Of a DNA stretch of 64,000 bases, positions 45,863 through 55,179 are shown one piece after another. The stretch is from Gemmatimonadales bacterium (lineage in GTDB: Bacteria > Gemmatimonadota > Gemmatimonadetes > Gemmatimonadales > GWC2-71-9): the NCBI GenBank assembly GCA_036279355.1, contig DASUJH010000028.1, forward strand, positions 133,353-197,352. The letters are read 5' to 3'. The notes below the pieces were generated by a model. The model did no database searches. It had not been told where the DNA came from and saw only the letters and a program-made list of their open reading frames with translations. The translations under genes and the position numbers were made by a program. The first letter of the stretch is position 1. Each line of letters starts with the position of its first letter.

Positions 45863-46884
45863 GCGGCGACCGTTCGCGAGCGGGCGAGGAGCAAGGCCAC
45901 GGCGGCGGCGGGCGCCGCGCGTGCGGCGTCCATGCCGAGCCGCGCGCCAAGCGATTCCACCTCGAGCCCGGAGCGCCGCGCCGCTTCGGCGGCGATGAAC
46001 TCACCCAAGCCGGCCGTCACGGCGAGGCGCAGCTCGGGCACGCGCGCCCGCACCTCACCGATCGCGTCCTGGAGCATTCCCACCTGGGCCTCGGCCACCG
46101 CGGCCGCGAGCGCGTCGATGTCGCTGTCGCACACCATATCGCGGTCGGCGCAGATCACCCGCGCGAGGCGCTCGCGGACGAATTCGCGCGTGGCCGGGCG
46201 GCCATCGGGCGCCGGCACGGTGTAGTCCTCGGGCGCGAGCCGGCCGAGCCAGAGGTGGACATCGCCGGCGAGGGCGAATCTTTCGGCAGAGACCCTCGCT
46301 AGCCCGCTGCGGAAAGGCACCCGCGACACGATCGCTTCGACCGGCGTGCGGAGCGCGCCGGTATAGACGAGCTCGCCGGATGCGAGTCGCGCGGGATCGG
46401 TTCGGCCCGTGGCGGAGACGGCTCCGCCGACGACCGGGATGACGTCCGTCGTGGTGGTGCCGGTATCGATGAAAATGCAGTCGGCAATTTCGGTAGCGAT
46501 GAATGCCGCGCCTGCCACCCAGTTGGAGGCGGCCACGGCGAGCGGACAGTCGCGCGCATCCGCCGGCTGGCGAAACTGCCCGTCGGTACCGTAGACGTGA
46601 ATCCGCTCCGCTGTCGCTACGGCATCGAGCGCCGTGAGCACGAACCGGACGCCCTCGCGCTTGGTCCGGAAATGCTGCGACAACTCGGCCGTCATGGTCA
46701 CCGCGTGGTGGGTGCCGGGCCCCGCGCCCAGCCGCGCCGACACCTCGACCAGAAGGGGCGCGAGGCCGGCGGGGTCGCGCTGGATCTCGAACGGCGCCAC
46801 CAGCGATCGGAGCGGTGTGTCCCGCGCGACACATGCCGCCTTGGTGTTGACGCCGCCGATGTCCCACCCGATGATCCGATCCAT
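45859..46884 (-). CDS. hydantoinase/oxoprolinase-fold 'H4MPT-linked C1 transfer pathway' protein, MfnF-like candidate
   Basis: ORF 45859..46953 trimmed to the ATG at 46884 (MDRIIGWDIGGVNTKAA), with a second ASKHA phosphate motif at FIDTGTTTTDV. Confidence 0.65.
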   Translation of the reverse strand: MDRIIGWDIGGVNTKAACVARDTPLRSLVAPFEIQRDPAGLAPLLVEVSARLGAGPGTHHAVTMTAELSQHFRTKREGVRFVLTALDAVATAERIHVYGTDGQFRQPADARDCPLAVAASNWVAGAAFIATEIADCIFIDTGTTTTDVIPVVGGAVSATGRTDPARLASGELVYTGALRTPVEAIVSRVPFRSGLARVSAERFALAGDVHLWLGRLAPEDYTVPAPDGRPATREFVRERLARVICADRDMVCDSDIDALAAAVAEAQVGMLQDAIGEVRARVPELRLAVTAGLGEFIAAEAARRSGLEVESLGARLGMDAARAAPAAAVALLLARSRTVAA

Positions 46885-46905
46885 CACGCCTTCCGAGGCC
46901 CGTAC

Positions 46906-47721
46906 ATGGAAATCATACCGGTGCTCGACCTGGCGCATGGTGTCGCGATGCATGCGCGGGGCGGCGTCCGCTCGGCGTACCAGCCGGTGCGGTCGGCGCT
47001 ACTCGACACGGCCCGCGATGCGCCGGGCGATGCGCGCGCGCTGGCGCGGGCGTACTGGCGCTCGCTTGGCACGGCGGCGTGCTATGCCGCCGATCTCGAC
47101 GCCATTCAAGGGAAACCGATCCAGCGCTCGTTGCTCCACGACCTGGCCGCCGATCTGGCCGTGGACGGCGCGGGCGGCGAGCTGCTGGTGGATGCCGGTG
47201 TGAGCACCGCGGCGGGTGCGCGCCAGGTGCTCGCATGCGGTGTGACGGCTGTCGTGGTGGGTCTCGAAACCCTCCGCTCGTTCGCGGAGCTCGCCGCCAT
47301 CGTCCAGGCCGTCGGCACATCACGCGTTGTCCTGAGTCTGGACCTCCGGGACGGCGCGCCGATTCTCCATCCGGCACTGCGCCGGGACGCTGCCGACTCC
47401 AAGCCGCCCGTCGAGCTCGCGGGCCACGCGGTCGAGCTCGGCGTCGGCACGGTGCTCATTCTCGATCTCGCGCGAGTGGGCGCGGGGTGCGGCGTCGATC
47501 TCGCGCTGCTCGACCAGGTGCGCCGGCGTTGTCCGCGCACGCGGCTCCTGGCCGGCGGCGGCGTGCGCACGCGAAATGATCTGGAGCGGATGGCCGGCGC
47601 CGGGTGCGATGGTGCGCTCGTGGCCAGCGCGCTGCACACCGGCCGGATCGGCGCAGCCGACGTGGCGGCGCTCCGCGGCCGGCGTGCGGCGGTTCAGTCG
47701 GCGGCGAGCACCTCGCGGTAG
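46906..47721 (+). CDS. HisA/HisF-family (beta/alpha)8-barrel protein of the H4MPT-biosynthesis type
   Basis: Real part of ORF 46597..47721, ATG at 46906. MEIIPVLDLAHGVAMHARGG ... LLAGGGVRTRNDLERM ... GALVASALHTG. Confidence 0.7.
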   Translation: MEIIPVLDLAHGVAMHARGGVRSAYQPVRSALLDTARDAPGDARALARAYWRSLGTAACYAADLDAIQGKPIQRSLLHDLAADLAVDGAGGELLVDAGVSTAAGARQVLACGVTAVVVGLETLRSFAELAAIVQAVGTSRVVLSLDLRDGAPILHPALRRDAADSKPPVELAGHAVELGVGTVLILDLARVGAGCGVDLALLDQVRRRCPRTRLLAGGGVRTRNDLERMAGAGCDGALVASALHTGRIGAADVAALRGRRAAVQSAASTSR

Positions 47722-48197
47722 GTGGCGCCCTGCCCGAAGTTTTCCTCCACCTCGAGCTCGAGCAGCGTGAGGTGCCGGTGCCCCGCCTGATGGAGCTGGT
47801 CGCGCACGGCCGTGCCCAGATACTGGGCGAGCATTTCTGCCGTGGTGTTCGCGATCGGAAGCAGCGCGCAGTCGCCGCGCGGAAAGACGTAGGTCGGCTC
47901 CCCGAAGTAGTCGACCCTGAGCCGGTTGCCCTCTTCGTGGAACGCGAGCTTCGCGTTCCGGGTGGGGAGCAGTACCTTATGGTCGATTTCGTCCACCAGC
48001 GTGCGGACCATCTTCTTGAGCACGCTGAAGTCGAGCACGAAGAGGCACTCGTTGTCGATTGTGCCCTCGACCGCGATGCCCACTCGGTAGTTGTGCCCGT
48101 GGAGCGACTCGCACTGGTGGCCGCGAAAGGTGATGAAGTGGGCGGAGGCGAAGACGAGATAGTCCTTGTTCACCTCGACGCGAAAGCTGCTTTGCAC
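47694..48197 (-). CDS. 6-pyruvoyl-tetrahydropterin synthase family protein (PTPS/QueD-like)
   Basis: FRVEVNKDYLVFASAHF ... ESLHGHNY ... DHKVLLP. The GTG at 48197 has GGAGAG 7 nt upstream. The ORF track's TTG start at 48242 would overlap the upstream gene by 29 nt. Confidence 0.75.
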   Translation of the reverse strand: MQSSFRVEVNKDYLVFASAHFITFRGHQCESLHGHNYRVGIAVEGTIDNECLFVLDFSVLKKMVRTLVDEIDHKVLLPTRNAKLAFHEEGNRLRVDYFGEPTYVFPRGDCALLPIANTTAEMLAQYLGTAVRDQLHQAGHRHLTLLELEVEENFGQGATYREVLAAD

Positions 48198-48213
48198 GGG
48201 GACACTCTCCGAA

Positions 48214-49065
48214 TCAGTGCCAGCCTTGCTCCAAGATAACAACGCCTAGGGCGGCCGCGGTGAGATCGGCCGAGGTGCCGGGATTGCGACTATTGCCCGG
48301 GTCGCGTAGCTCGGCGTCGAACCGGGCGAGCGCTGCCCGGCCGGCATCGGTGCGGACGCCGCCGGCCGCCCGCGCGGCGCTGGCCATTCCGGACACGCGC
48401 TCCGCCTCGCCCCGACCCAGCTTCCGGGCAATGTGGCTGTCCGGGACGGCCGCGAGAATGCCAAGGTAGGCCTCGACCGCGGCATCCGTCCAAGTGAGGC
48501 CGTCGCGGCGCGCCGCGCGCACGGCCGGCGCGCCGAGCTCGAAGGTGATGGCGAAGTCGGTGACGTACTCGCGCGCGATGGAATCGCGATCGGCGGCGAG
48601 GGCCATCGCCTCGCGCAGCGTGACGGACGGCGGCTGGGCCACGTCCTGTGCAGCCGCGGTGCCGAGCCCCGCGGGGCGAGCGAGCCGGATGGCGTGGTAC
48701 ACGTCCGCCGCGTCGTGCACGGTGGTAGCCCCGAGCGCGGCTGCAACCTCGGACCGGAGCCCGCGACCGGGCTCCCGCGTGGCGAGCGCGGCCCGGCAGA
48801 GCGGCGCCAGCAGCAGGACGATGCCGAGGTTCGTATTGCGATCGGTGGTGCAGCGGGTGGCCTCGACCGCGCGGCGCACCGTCGTGCCCAGGGGTTCGTC
48901 GCCTGCGGCCGCCATCGCCGGCCCGATCGCGACAGCGCTCGCCAGAAAGTCCTCGTAGCTCGTGTCGTGGAACGGGCGTCCCGGCGACACGTTGCCGGGC
49001 TTGGCCGCGCTCGCCTCGACGAGGCACGCGAGCACGGCGGCGGCCCGCACCTTCTCCGGCGTCAC
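48214..49065 (-). CDS. triphosphoribosyl-dephospho-CoA synthase (CitG/MdcB) family protein
   Basis: LVEASAAKPGNVSPGRPFHDTSYEDF ... TNLGIVLLLAPL family pattern. GTG start overlaps the upstream stop (GTGA). Confidence 0.7.
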   Translation of the reverse strand: MTPEKVRAAAVLACLVEASAAKPGNVSPGRPFHDTSYEDFLASAVAIGPAMAAAGDEPLGTTVRRAVEATRCTTDRNTNLGIVLLLAPLCRAALATREPGRGLRSEVAAALGATTVHDAADVYHAIRLARPAGLGTAAAQDVAQPPSVTLREAMALAADRDSIAREYVTDFAITFELGAPAVRAARRDGLTWTDAAVEAYLGILAAVPDSHIARKLGRGEAERVSGMASAARAAGGVRTDAGRAALARFDAELRDPGNSRNPGTSADLTAAALGVVILEQGWH

Positions 49066-49955
49066 CCGCGCACGCTCGCCCCAAGCAGGTGGTGCACCAG
49101 GGCACCCGCCACGTCCACGCCGGTCGCCGTCTGGAGACCGCGCCAGCCGGGGATGCCGTTCACCTCGAGCACGTACACGGTGCCGTCTTCCGCCGGGAGC
49201 AGGTCAACGCCCGCGTACTCCGCGCCGACCACCCGGGCCGCCCGCACTGCGAGCTCGGCCCAGGCGGGCGGCAGCTCGATCGGCCGCGCCCGCGCGCCGC
49301 GCGACACGTTGGTGCGCCAGCCGTCCGCGGCGCGCTCGATCGCGGCGAGGACCCGATCTCCTATCACGAACGCGCGCACGTCGCGCCCCGTGTGAGGCAC
49401 GGTGCGCTGGAGATAGAACACACCGCGAATCTGTTCGACGGCCCGGAAGACGCGCCACGCGGTCTCCTCATCACTCACCCGCACCATCCCCAGGCCCATC
49501 GAGCCGAAGAGCGGTTTCACGATCGCGTCGCCCAGCGCGCGAAAGCATGCGATCGCTTCGTCGGGATCCTCGCAGACAAACGTCTCCGGCGTCGGCAGCC
49601 CGGCCCTCTCGAGGAGCGACGTCGTGTAGAACTTGTCGACCGTGCGCTCGATGGCGCCGGGCGAATTGAGTACGCGCACACCGCGGTCCTCCAGCCGGTG
49701 GAGCGCGTCCACCCGGAAAATGATCTGCTCCAGCGACCCCGCCGGAACGATGCGCGCGAGCACCGCGGGCGCGGCATCCAGCTCGACCGCGCCCGCCTCA
49801 CTGCCACCCGCTCGGAGCCCGGACAGACTCCCGGCGCGCGCCACCATACTCTCGTAGCAAACCACGACCCCCTCGTGCCCCTCATCCGCCAGGGCGCGGC
49901 GCAGCTCATCGGTGTGCCAGCCCTGGCGGGAGGCCAGAATCGGGATGCGCGGCAC
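49062..49955 (-). CDS. RimK-type ATP-grasp ligase, tetrahydromethanopterin:glutamate ligase (MptN)-like
   Basis: Real part of fused ORF 49062..51062, GTG at 49955 (VPRIPILASRQGWHTDEL). DKFYTTSLLERAGLPTPET ... IVKPLFGSMGLGM ... DLLPAEDGTVYVLEVNGIPGW. Confidence 0.75.
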   Translation of the reverse strand: MPRIPILASRQGWHTDELRRALADEGHEGVVVCYESMVARAGSLSGLRAGGSEAGAVELDAAPAVLARIVPAGSLEQIIFRVDALHRLEDRGVRVLNSPGAIERTVDKFYTTSLLERAGLPTPETFVCEDPDEAIACFRALGDAIVKPLFGSMGLGMVRVSDEETAWRVFRAVEQIRGVFYLQRTVPHTGRDVRAFVIGDRVLAAIERAADGWRTNVSRGARARPIELPPAWAELAVRAARVVGAEYAGVDLLPAEDGTVYVLEVNGIPGWRGLQTATGVDVAGALVHHLLGASVRG

Positions 49956-49960
49956 CCGGC

Positions 49961-50761
49961 CTACTGCTGCTCCCCGATCAGGCCGACGAGGCCGCCGGTG
50001 GCGAAGTTCTTGAGATCGCCGCCCACCTGCTTGAACCCGTCGGTGGCCATCCCCTTCTTGAGCGCGTCCATCGAGGGGAAGCACAGCTCGGCCTGGCGGT
50101 ATTCGGCCGGCGCGCTGCCGTCGAGGTTGCCGGTGAACTTGGTGAGGTCCGCGCGATTGAAGCCGATGTCGCCCTGGACGCGGCTCACCAGCGGCAGATG
50201 GTTGGCGGAGTAGTAGCTCTCGAACGCCGAGCTGTCCTTCGGGATGTGATACACGACGGCTACGAGCGCGGGGCACGCGGCGTCGCTCCTGTCGCCCGTC
50301 TCGACGGCCACGAGGCCCTCGAGCCCGCCCGTCGCGAAGTTCTTGAGATCCGCTCCCACCTTCTTGAATCCCTCGGTGGCCATGCCCTTCTGGAGCGCGT
50401 CCATCGACGGGAAATACAGCTCGGCCTGGCGGTAGAACGTCGGGTGCTTGCCATCGAGCGTCGAGGTGAATTTGGTGAGCTCCGCTCTCGTGAAGCCGAT
50501 TTCGCTCTGGAGGCTGCTCACGAGCGGCAGGTGCTTCTCGGCGTAGTATTTCTCGAACGCGGCCGGGCTCTTGGGCTGGCGATACAGTACGGCGACGATC
50601 GCCTGCGGACCGGCCGCGGCGGGCGCCGCTTCGGGCGCCGCGGCCGGCTGCTCGGCGGGCGCCGCGGTGGTATCCGCGGGCGTAGCGGACTTGTCGGCCG
50701 GCTTGGCGCACGCGGCAGCAAGCAACAGGGACGGCAAGAGGAGCGGGAACAGGGGGCGCAT
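49961..50761 (-). CDS. lipoprotein with two tandem EthD (dimeric alpha/beta-barrel) domains
   Basis: Real part of fused ORF 49961..52072, ATG at 50761. Lipobox LLAAAC and a Pro/Ala linker. Two homologous halves: IVAVLYRQPKSPAAFEKYYAEKHLPLV...ELYFPSMDALQKGMATEGFKKVGADLKNFATGG, and LVAVVYHIPKDSSAFESYYSANHLPLV...ELCFPSMDALKKGMATDGFKQVGGDLKNFATGG. Confidence 0.7.
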   Translation of the reverse strand: MRPLFPLLLPSLLLAAACAKPADKSATPADTTAAPAEQPAAAPEAAPAAAGPQAIVAVLYRQPKSPAAFEKYYAEKHLPLVSSLQSEIGFTRAELTKFTSTLDGKHPTFYRQAELYFPSMDALQKGMATEGFKKVGADLKNFATGGLEGLVAVETGDRSDAACPALVAVVYHIPKDSSAFESYYSANHLPLVSRVQGDIGFNRADLTKFTGNLDGSAPAEYRQAELCFPSMDALKKGMATDGFKQVGGDLKNFATGGLVGLIGEQQ

Positions 50762-50805
50762 CGACGATCTCCGGGCGTGAAGGGTGCACTCCGTCAAGCG
50801 TGACA

Positions 50806-51771
50806 TCAGCCGCACGACGCGGCCAGCACTTCGGGGTTGAGCCGTCCCGCATGAAACGTCCGCCCGCTCTCCGTGCTGGTGAGCCAGACCTCGGCCGGGC
50901 TGAAGAGCAGCGGATCGATTTTGTAGAAGTCGCCCTCGTATCGCTGGAAGATGTCGTAGAACGGCACGCCGTAGTCGTGCGAAGCCGAAGCCGGAACCTT
51001 GGGCACGAGCTCGGCCAGCTCGTCGTCGCCCGCGTGGACGGTGTAGCGCGCCTGGCCGCCATAAAGAATGCAGTCGTTGGTCCGGCCGATGGCCCGGAGA
51101 TCGTTCTTCGCCACCGGTGCGATCGGCGCGGTGCCGATGCCGCTCACGATCTTTCTCACGTCGAAGCCGAGCGTTTCCATCTTGTGGAGCCCGGTCTCCA
51201 GAATGCGGGCCGAAATCTGCACGCCGCCCGCAAGGCTCGCCGTCGGCGCGATGACGAAGGTGAGCTCGGGCGGCTGCATGCGCGCCTTGCCGGCCACCCA
51301 GTTTGCTACTTCGTCGGTCGGCAGCGTGCGGCCCTCGAGCACGAGCACACCGCGCTCCGCCGTCTCGGCGTAGCCCAGCTTTGCGAACAGCTCCTTCTCG
51401 ACGCGTGCCTGCGCTCTGAGCGGCCCCGAGCCCATGGCGAAGTACTTTCCCACCGAGATGGCCCACCCCGCGTACTGCGACGCCATGCACGACACCGCGG
51501 GATGGTCGGTCCAGACCGTAACGCCCGCCCACGTCTCGCCGCCGATCTGGAGCGGACTGTAGGTGACGCTGCCGAGCCCGCCCATGCAGATCTCGGAGAG
51601 CGCAAGGCCGGCATCGAGGCCGCCCTCGGTCTCGACGCCCGCGTCGATGACACGGGCGCCGCTCGCAAGCGCGTGCACCCGCACCCGGAGCAGCCCCGCG
51701 TGGTCCTCCATCCCATCGGCAATTTCCGCAGCGAGCGCGTTGAGGTTCGGCGTCAGCGGTTCGGTGTCCAT
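50806..51771 (-). CDS. mch: methenyltetrahydromethanopterin cyclohydrolase
   Basis: Real part of ORF 50806..51984, ATG at 51771, 321 aa. SCMASQYAGW, FAMGSGP and LYGG patterns. Position follows fhcC. Confidence 0.9.
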   Translation of the reverse strand: MDTEPLTPNLNALAAEIADGMEDHAGLLRVRVHALASGARVIDAGVETEGGLDAGLALSEICMGGLGSVTYSPLQIGGETWAGVTVWTDHPAVSCMASQYAGWAISVGKYFAMGSGPLRAQARVEKELFAKLGYAETAERGVLVLEGRTLPTDEVANWVAGKARMQPPELTFVIAPTASLAGGVQISARILETGLHKMETLGFDVRKIVSGIGTAPIAPVAKNDLRAIGRTNDCILYGGQARYTVHAGDDELAELVPKVPASASHDYGVPFYDIFQRYEGDFYKIDPLLFSPAEVWLTSTESGRTFHAGRLNPEVLAASCG

Positions 51772-52580
51772 GCCAGAATCTCTCCAGCGCCCAGCTCGGC
51801 GAGGTCGCCGCTGTAGCGTCGATAGAGGCCAGAGGAATGCTCGCGCGGCGGTGCCATCCGGTGCCGCTCGGCGAGATGCTTGAGGAGGAATGCCACGTAC
51901 TCGGGACGATAGGTGCAGGCGTACGCGTACGTGGCCGGGGGTGTGATGTTGCCGAGTGCGACGATGCTGCCGCGCCTGGACCACCGCCCGGGATTCGGAC
52001 CCACTGCGCCGAACACGACCACGGTGCCCGCGATGACGGCGCGCCCGGCACTCTCACCGACGTCGCCCGCAACCGCGACCAGGCCGCGGCGCATGGCCGC
52101 GCCGGCCTCCGGGCCGGCCGAGCCGCGCACGATGACGACGCCGCCGGTCATGCCGCGCTTGGCACCTAGGGGCGCGCCGCCCGCGCGCGGCCCGACGTTT
52201 CCGCGCACGTCGAGCACGCCCCCGGCCAACTCCAGTCCGGCGCCCCAGCCGGCGTCGCCGTGCACCTCGATCCGGCCGCTCCGCATCCGCGCGCCGGTCG
52301 CGCGCCCCGCCGCGCCTTCGATCACGACCTCGGCGCCATCGAGGCCGGTGCCGAGTCCTTCGATCTGGGTGAGGTCGCCGGCAAAGCGGATGCGGTGCGA
52401 ACGTCCGCCGCGGACCTCGAAAAACTCACCCAGCGGAACGAGCCCGACCGCGGCGACGCGTACGCCCTGGCGCGCGATCGCGCTTTCGTCGAGCTCGGCC
52501 CAGAGGTCGAGCGCCAGCGCGGACGCGTCCACTCGGCGGTCGAGCGCGCGCTTGAGCGTGAGGACGACTTCGTCGCTCAT
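51753..52580 (-). CDS. fhcC: formyltransferase/hydrolase complex subunit C (formylmethanofuran dehydrogenase subunit C homolog)
   Basis: 275 aa with the repetitive G-rich beta-helix pattern (GDAGWGAGLELAGGVLDVRGNVGPRAGG...GGVVIVRGSAGPEAGAAMRRGLVAVAGDVG). Confidence 0.85.
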   Translation of the reverse strand: MSDEVVLTLKRALDRRVDASALALDLWAELDESAIARQGVRVAAVGLVPLGEFFEVRGGRSHRIRFAGDLTQIEGLGTGLDGAEVVIEGAAGRATGARMRSGRIEVHGDAGWGAGLELAGGVLDVRGNVGPRAGGAPLGAKRGMTGGVVIVRGSAGPEAGAAMRRGLVAVAGDVGESAGRAVIAGTVVVFGAVGPNPGRWSRRGSIVALGNITPPATYAYACTYRPEYVAFLLKHLAERHRMAPPREHSSGLYRRYSGDLAELGAGEILAWTPNR

Positions 52581-53524
52581 GATGCCGGCGCGGACGGCGA
52601 AGATGCAGCCGGCGACTCCGCCGCAGGCGCCTCGCCGCCCATGATCGCGCGCAGATGGAAGTGGTATGGACCGAGCTTGCCGCCGTAGTTGCCCGCGCTG
52701 ATCGCGACCACGCCCTCGCGGCAGGCCGCGTCGATGCCGGCGCGCATCGCCCGGCTGATCGCCGGCGCGTCGAGGCCGTTGATGACGATTTCAAGGACCG
52801 AATTGACGCCCTCGGGCAGCGCCGTTTGCGTGACGGCGCGGAGCGTAGGGCAATACGCGTCGTTGGTCGAGGCGATCATCGTCTTCGAGCGGCGCGCGCC
52901 GACCTTGCTGCCGCTCCGTACGACGCCCCCGGGGAAGGGAAGGATCACGCCCGGCATGCCGTGCATCGCGTCGACCGCGGCCTCGGCGGCCGCGAGCGCG
53001 GCGCCGTCCGAGCGAGCGAGCATGAGGAAGTTGCCGCCGCCTACGGCCTTCTGCATCCCGAACTTTTCCTGCACCAGGAACTCGCCTTCCATCACGGGAA
53101 TGCGCCAGAAGCGCTCGCCGCCGATCACCTTGCTCATCTGGAATCCGTCGCCGAAGTATCTGAGCGACGAACCGACGCCGATTCGGTCGGGTGCATCGGG
53201 CAGGCCGTCGTAGCAGGCGGTCGTGGGACAGGTGAGCACCGTCTGGCCGATGCGCTCGATCAGCCGCTTGGGCAGGTCGTCCTTGCCCATCGTCATCATG
53301 AGCACGCTTACGCCGGGCCGGCCATCCGGCGTATCGCTTGAGCCGAGCTCGCGCTCGATGGCCGCTTCGACCTTGCAGCCGATGACCGACGTGGCGAAGC
53401 CGGTGAGTTTGAGCGCCGCCGCGCTCACCCAGCGCGCGCTCGCGCCGGTGATGATGATCCGCGCCGCGCGCACGGTGAACGCCTCGGCGAAGGTGTCCTC
53501 GATCAACACGCCGCGGACATTCAC
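52577..53524 (-). CDS. fhcD: formylmethanofuran--tetrahydromethanopterin N-formyltransferase
   Basis: Real part of fused ORF 52577..54586. The GTG at 53524 overlaps the fhcA stop (GTGA). IEDTFAEAF ... GGGNFLMLA ... NDAYCPTL. Confidence 0.9.
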   Translation of the reverse strand: MNVRGVLIEDTFAEAFTVRAARIIITGASARWVSAAALKLTGFATSVIGCKVEAAIERELGSSDTPDGRPGVSVLMMTMGKDDLPKRLIERIGQTVLTCPTTACYDGLPDAPDRIGVGSSLRYFGDGFQMSKVIGGERFWRIPVMEGEFLVQEKFGMQKAVGGGNFLMLARSDGAALAAAEAAVDAMHGMPGVILPFPGGVVRSGSKVGARRSKTMIASTNDAYCPTLRAVTQTALPEGVNSVLEIVINGLDAPAISRAMRAGIDAACREGVVAISAGNYGGKLGPYHFHLRAIMGGEAPAAESPAASSPSAPAS

Positions 53525-55179
53525 TGGCGGGTCTCCACGGGGGCGCCGGGCACGTCGCGCACCGGGTAGTTGTCGAACGAGACCGTGGAGTACGCATCGA
53601 AGTGGCGCCGGATGTCGCGCAGCACCGCCGAGTCGTAAGCCGGACGGACGAAAAGCCGCCGGCCCTCGGGCGCGCGGCGGAGCTGGCCCTCCTCCACCAC
53701 CACGCGGCCTGCCTTCACGACGTAGCGCGGGGTCGAGAACATGCGCGCGATGTCGGGCTCGCGTTGGTAGACGGTGGCGTCTCCGTCCGCGCCGACGCCC
53801 AGGTGTCCCTTGCTCGCGAGCCCGAGCAGGCGGGCCGGCCCGGCGCGGGTCACGATGGCGATCTCGTTCAGCGTGTACTCGCGCGCCAGCCCATCGGCCA
53901 GCGCGCTCCCGGCCAGCAGCTTCTGGTTCACCCGCGCGAGCTGCTCGTCGCGGGCCGAGCGGTCCATGAGAAGTTGAATGAGGCGGGGATATGAGAGAAA
54001 TGAACCGCCATTGGGGTGATCGGTCGAAAGCACCACGCGCCACGGGTCCCGCGAGAGCAGGAAGAGCTCGAGCCCGATGGCCCACTGCAACGCGGAGACG
54101 GCGGCCTTCTCCTTGTAGGAGTAGGGGACGATGCCGCAGCCCGTCTCCAGCTCGACATCGATGTTGACCCACTTCCGCCCGCTGCTTGCGTGGAGCAGGT
54201 ACTCGACCGGGCTGTCGGCGGTGAGTGTGGTGGCGGCGCCGAACATCGCCTGGCCCACGTCGGTGCTCACCTCGGGGTGGTCGTTCACATACTCGACGAC
54301 GCGGGACGCCGCCGAACCCCACGGCCCCTTGCCGAATTCGCCGCCGTAGCAATGGAACTGGAGGTGAGTGAAGTGCGCCCGCCGCCCGGCCAACGCCTCC
54401 ATGGTGGCGAGCGTGGTGGCGCTGTTGCCGGGCTGGCCCAGGTTGTTGCAGTGGATGTGCACCGGGTGCGGAAGCCCGAGCACATTCGCCGCATCCACCA
54501 ACGTCTCGAGGATGGCGCGCGGCGTCACCCGGCTGGTGCCGAGCGCCTGGTCCAGGTCCGTGAGATTGCGCTGGCCCGACTTCCACGCCTCGATGCCGCC
54601 CGGGTTCACGACCTTGATCGCGTAGGCGCCGACCGCGCCGAGCAGCCAGGCGGCGTAGTCGCGCGCGCGGTCGCGCTCGCCGGCATCGATCTGGCGCAGC
54701 AGGTATTCGTCGTTACCCATGAGCGCGTAGAGGCCCGCGTCCACGATCGGCGTGTCGTCGAGCTCGTGGTGGCTGTGGCGCGCCGTGAGCGGAGCCACCG
54801 CCGCGTCGAACGCCGTGGTGTAGCCGAGCCCGGCGTACCGGTAGGCGGTGGTGAAGGTGGTCGGCAGCGTGCCGCCGGTGCCCGAGCGGGCCGGACCATC
54901 CCCGGGCGCGATCGGCGGCGCTGGCGCCGGTTCGGCCGCGTGCTCCTCGGGCAGGAGCCGCCTCGCGTGGTTGCACGCCGAGCTGGCAAAGTGCGCGTGG
55001 ATGTCGACGCCGCCCGGCATCACGACCATGCCGCGCGCGTCGATCGAGGGCGCGTCGGCGGGAAGACTCGCCACGACGCGGCCGTTCTCGACGCAGACGT
55101 CGCGGACCTCGCCGTCCACGCCGTTGGTCGGATCGTGCACGGCGCCACCCCGGATGCGAAGGCGCTCGGGCGGGGTCAT
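53521..55179 (-). CDS. fhcA: formyltransferase/hydrolase complex subunit A (formylmethanofuran dehydrogenase subunit A homolog, amidohydrolase fold)
   Basis: 552 aa with the metal-binding motif PGGVDIHAHF and typical length. Confidence 0.9.
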   Translation of the reverse strand: MTPPERLRIRGGAVHDPTNGVDGEVRDVCVENGRVVASLPADAPSIDARGMVVMPGGVDIHAHFASSACNHARRLLPEEHAAEPAPAPPIAPGDGPARSGTGGTLPTTFTTAYRYAGLGYTTAFDAAVAPLTARHSHHELDDTPIVDAGLYALMGNDEYLLRQIDAGERDRARDYAAWLLGAVGAYAIKVVNPGGIEAWKSGQRNLTDLDQALGTSRVTPRAILETLVDAANVLGLPHPVHIHCNNLGQPGNSATTLATMEALAGRRAHFTHLQFHCYGGEFGKGPWGSAASRVVEYVNDHPEVSTDVGQAMFGAATTLTADSPVEYLLHASSGRKWVNIDVELETGCGIVPYSYKEKAAVSALQWAIGLELFLLSRDPWRVVLSTDHPNGGSFLSYPRLIQLLMDRSARDEQLARVNQKLLAGSALADGLAREYTLNEIAIVTRAGPARLLGLASKGHLGVGADGDATVYQREPDIARMFSTPRYVVKAGRVVVEEGQLRRAPEGRRLFVRPAYDSAVLRDIRRHFDAYSTVSFDNYPVRDVPGAPVETRQ

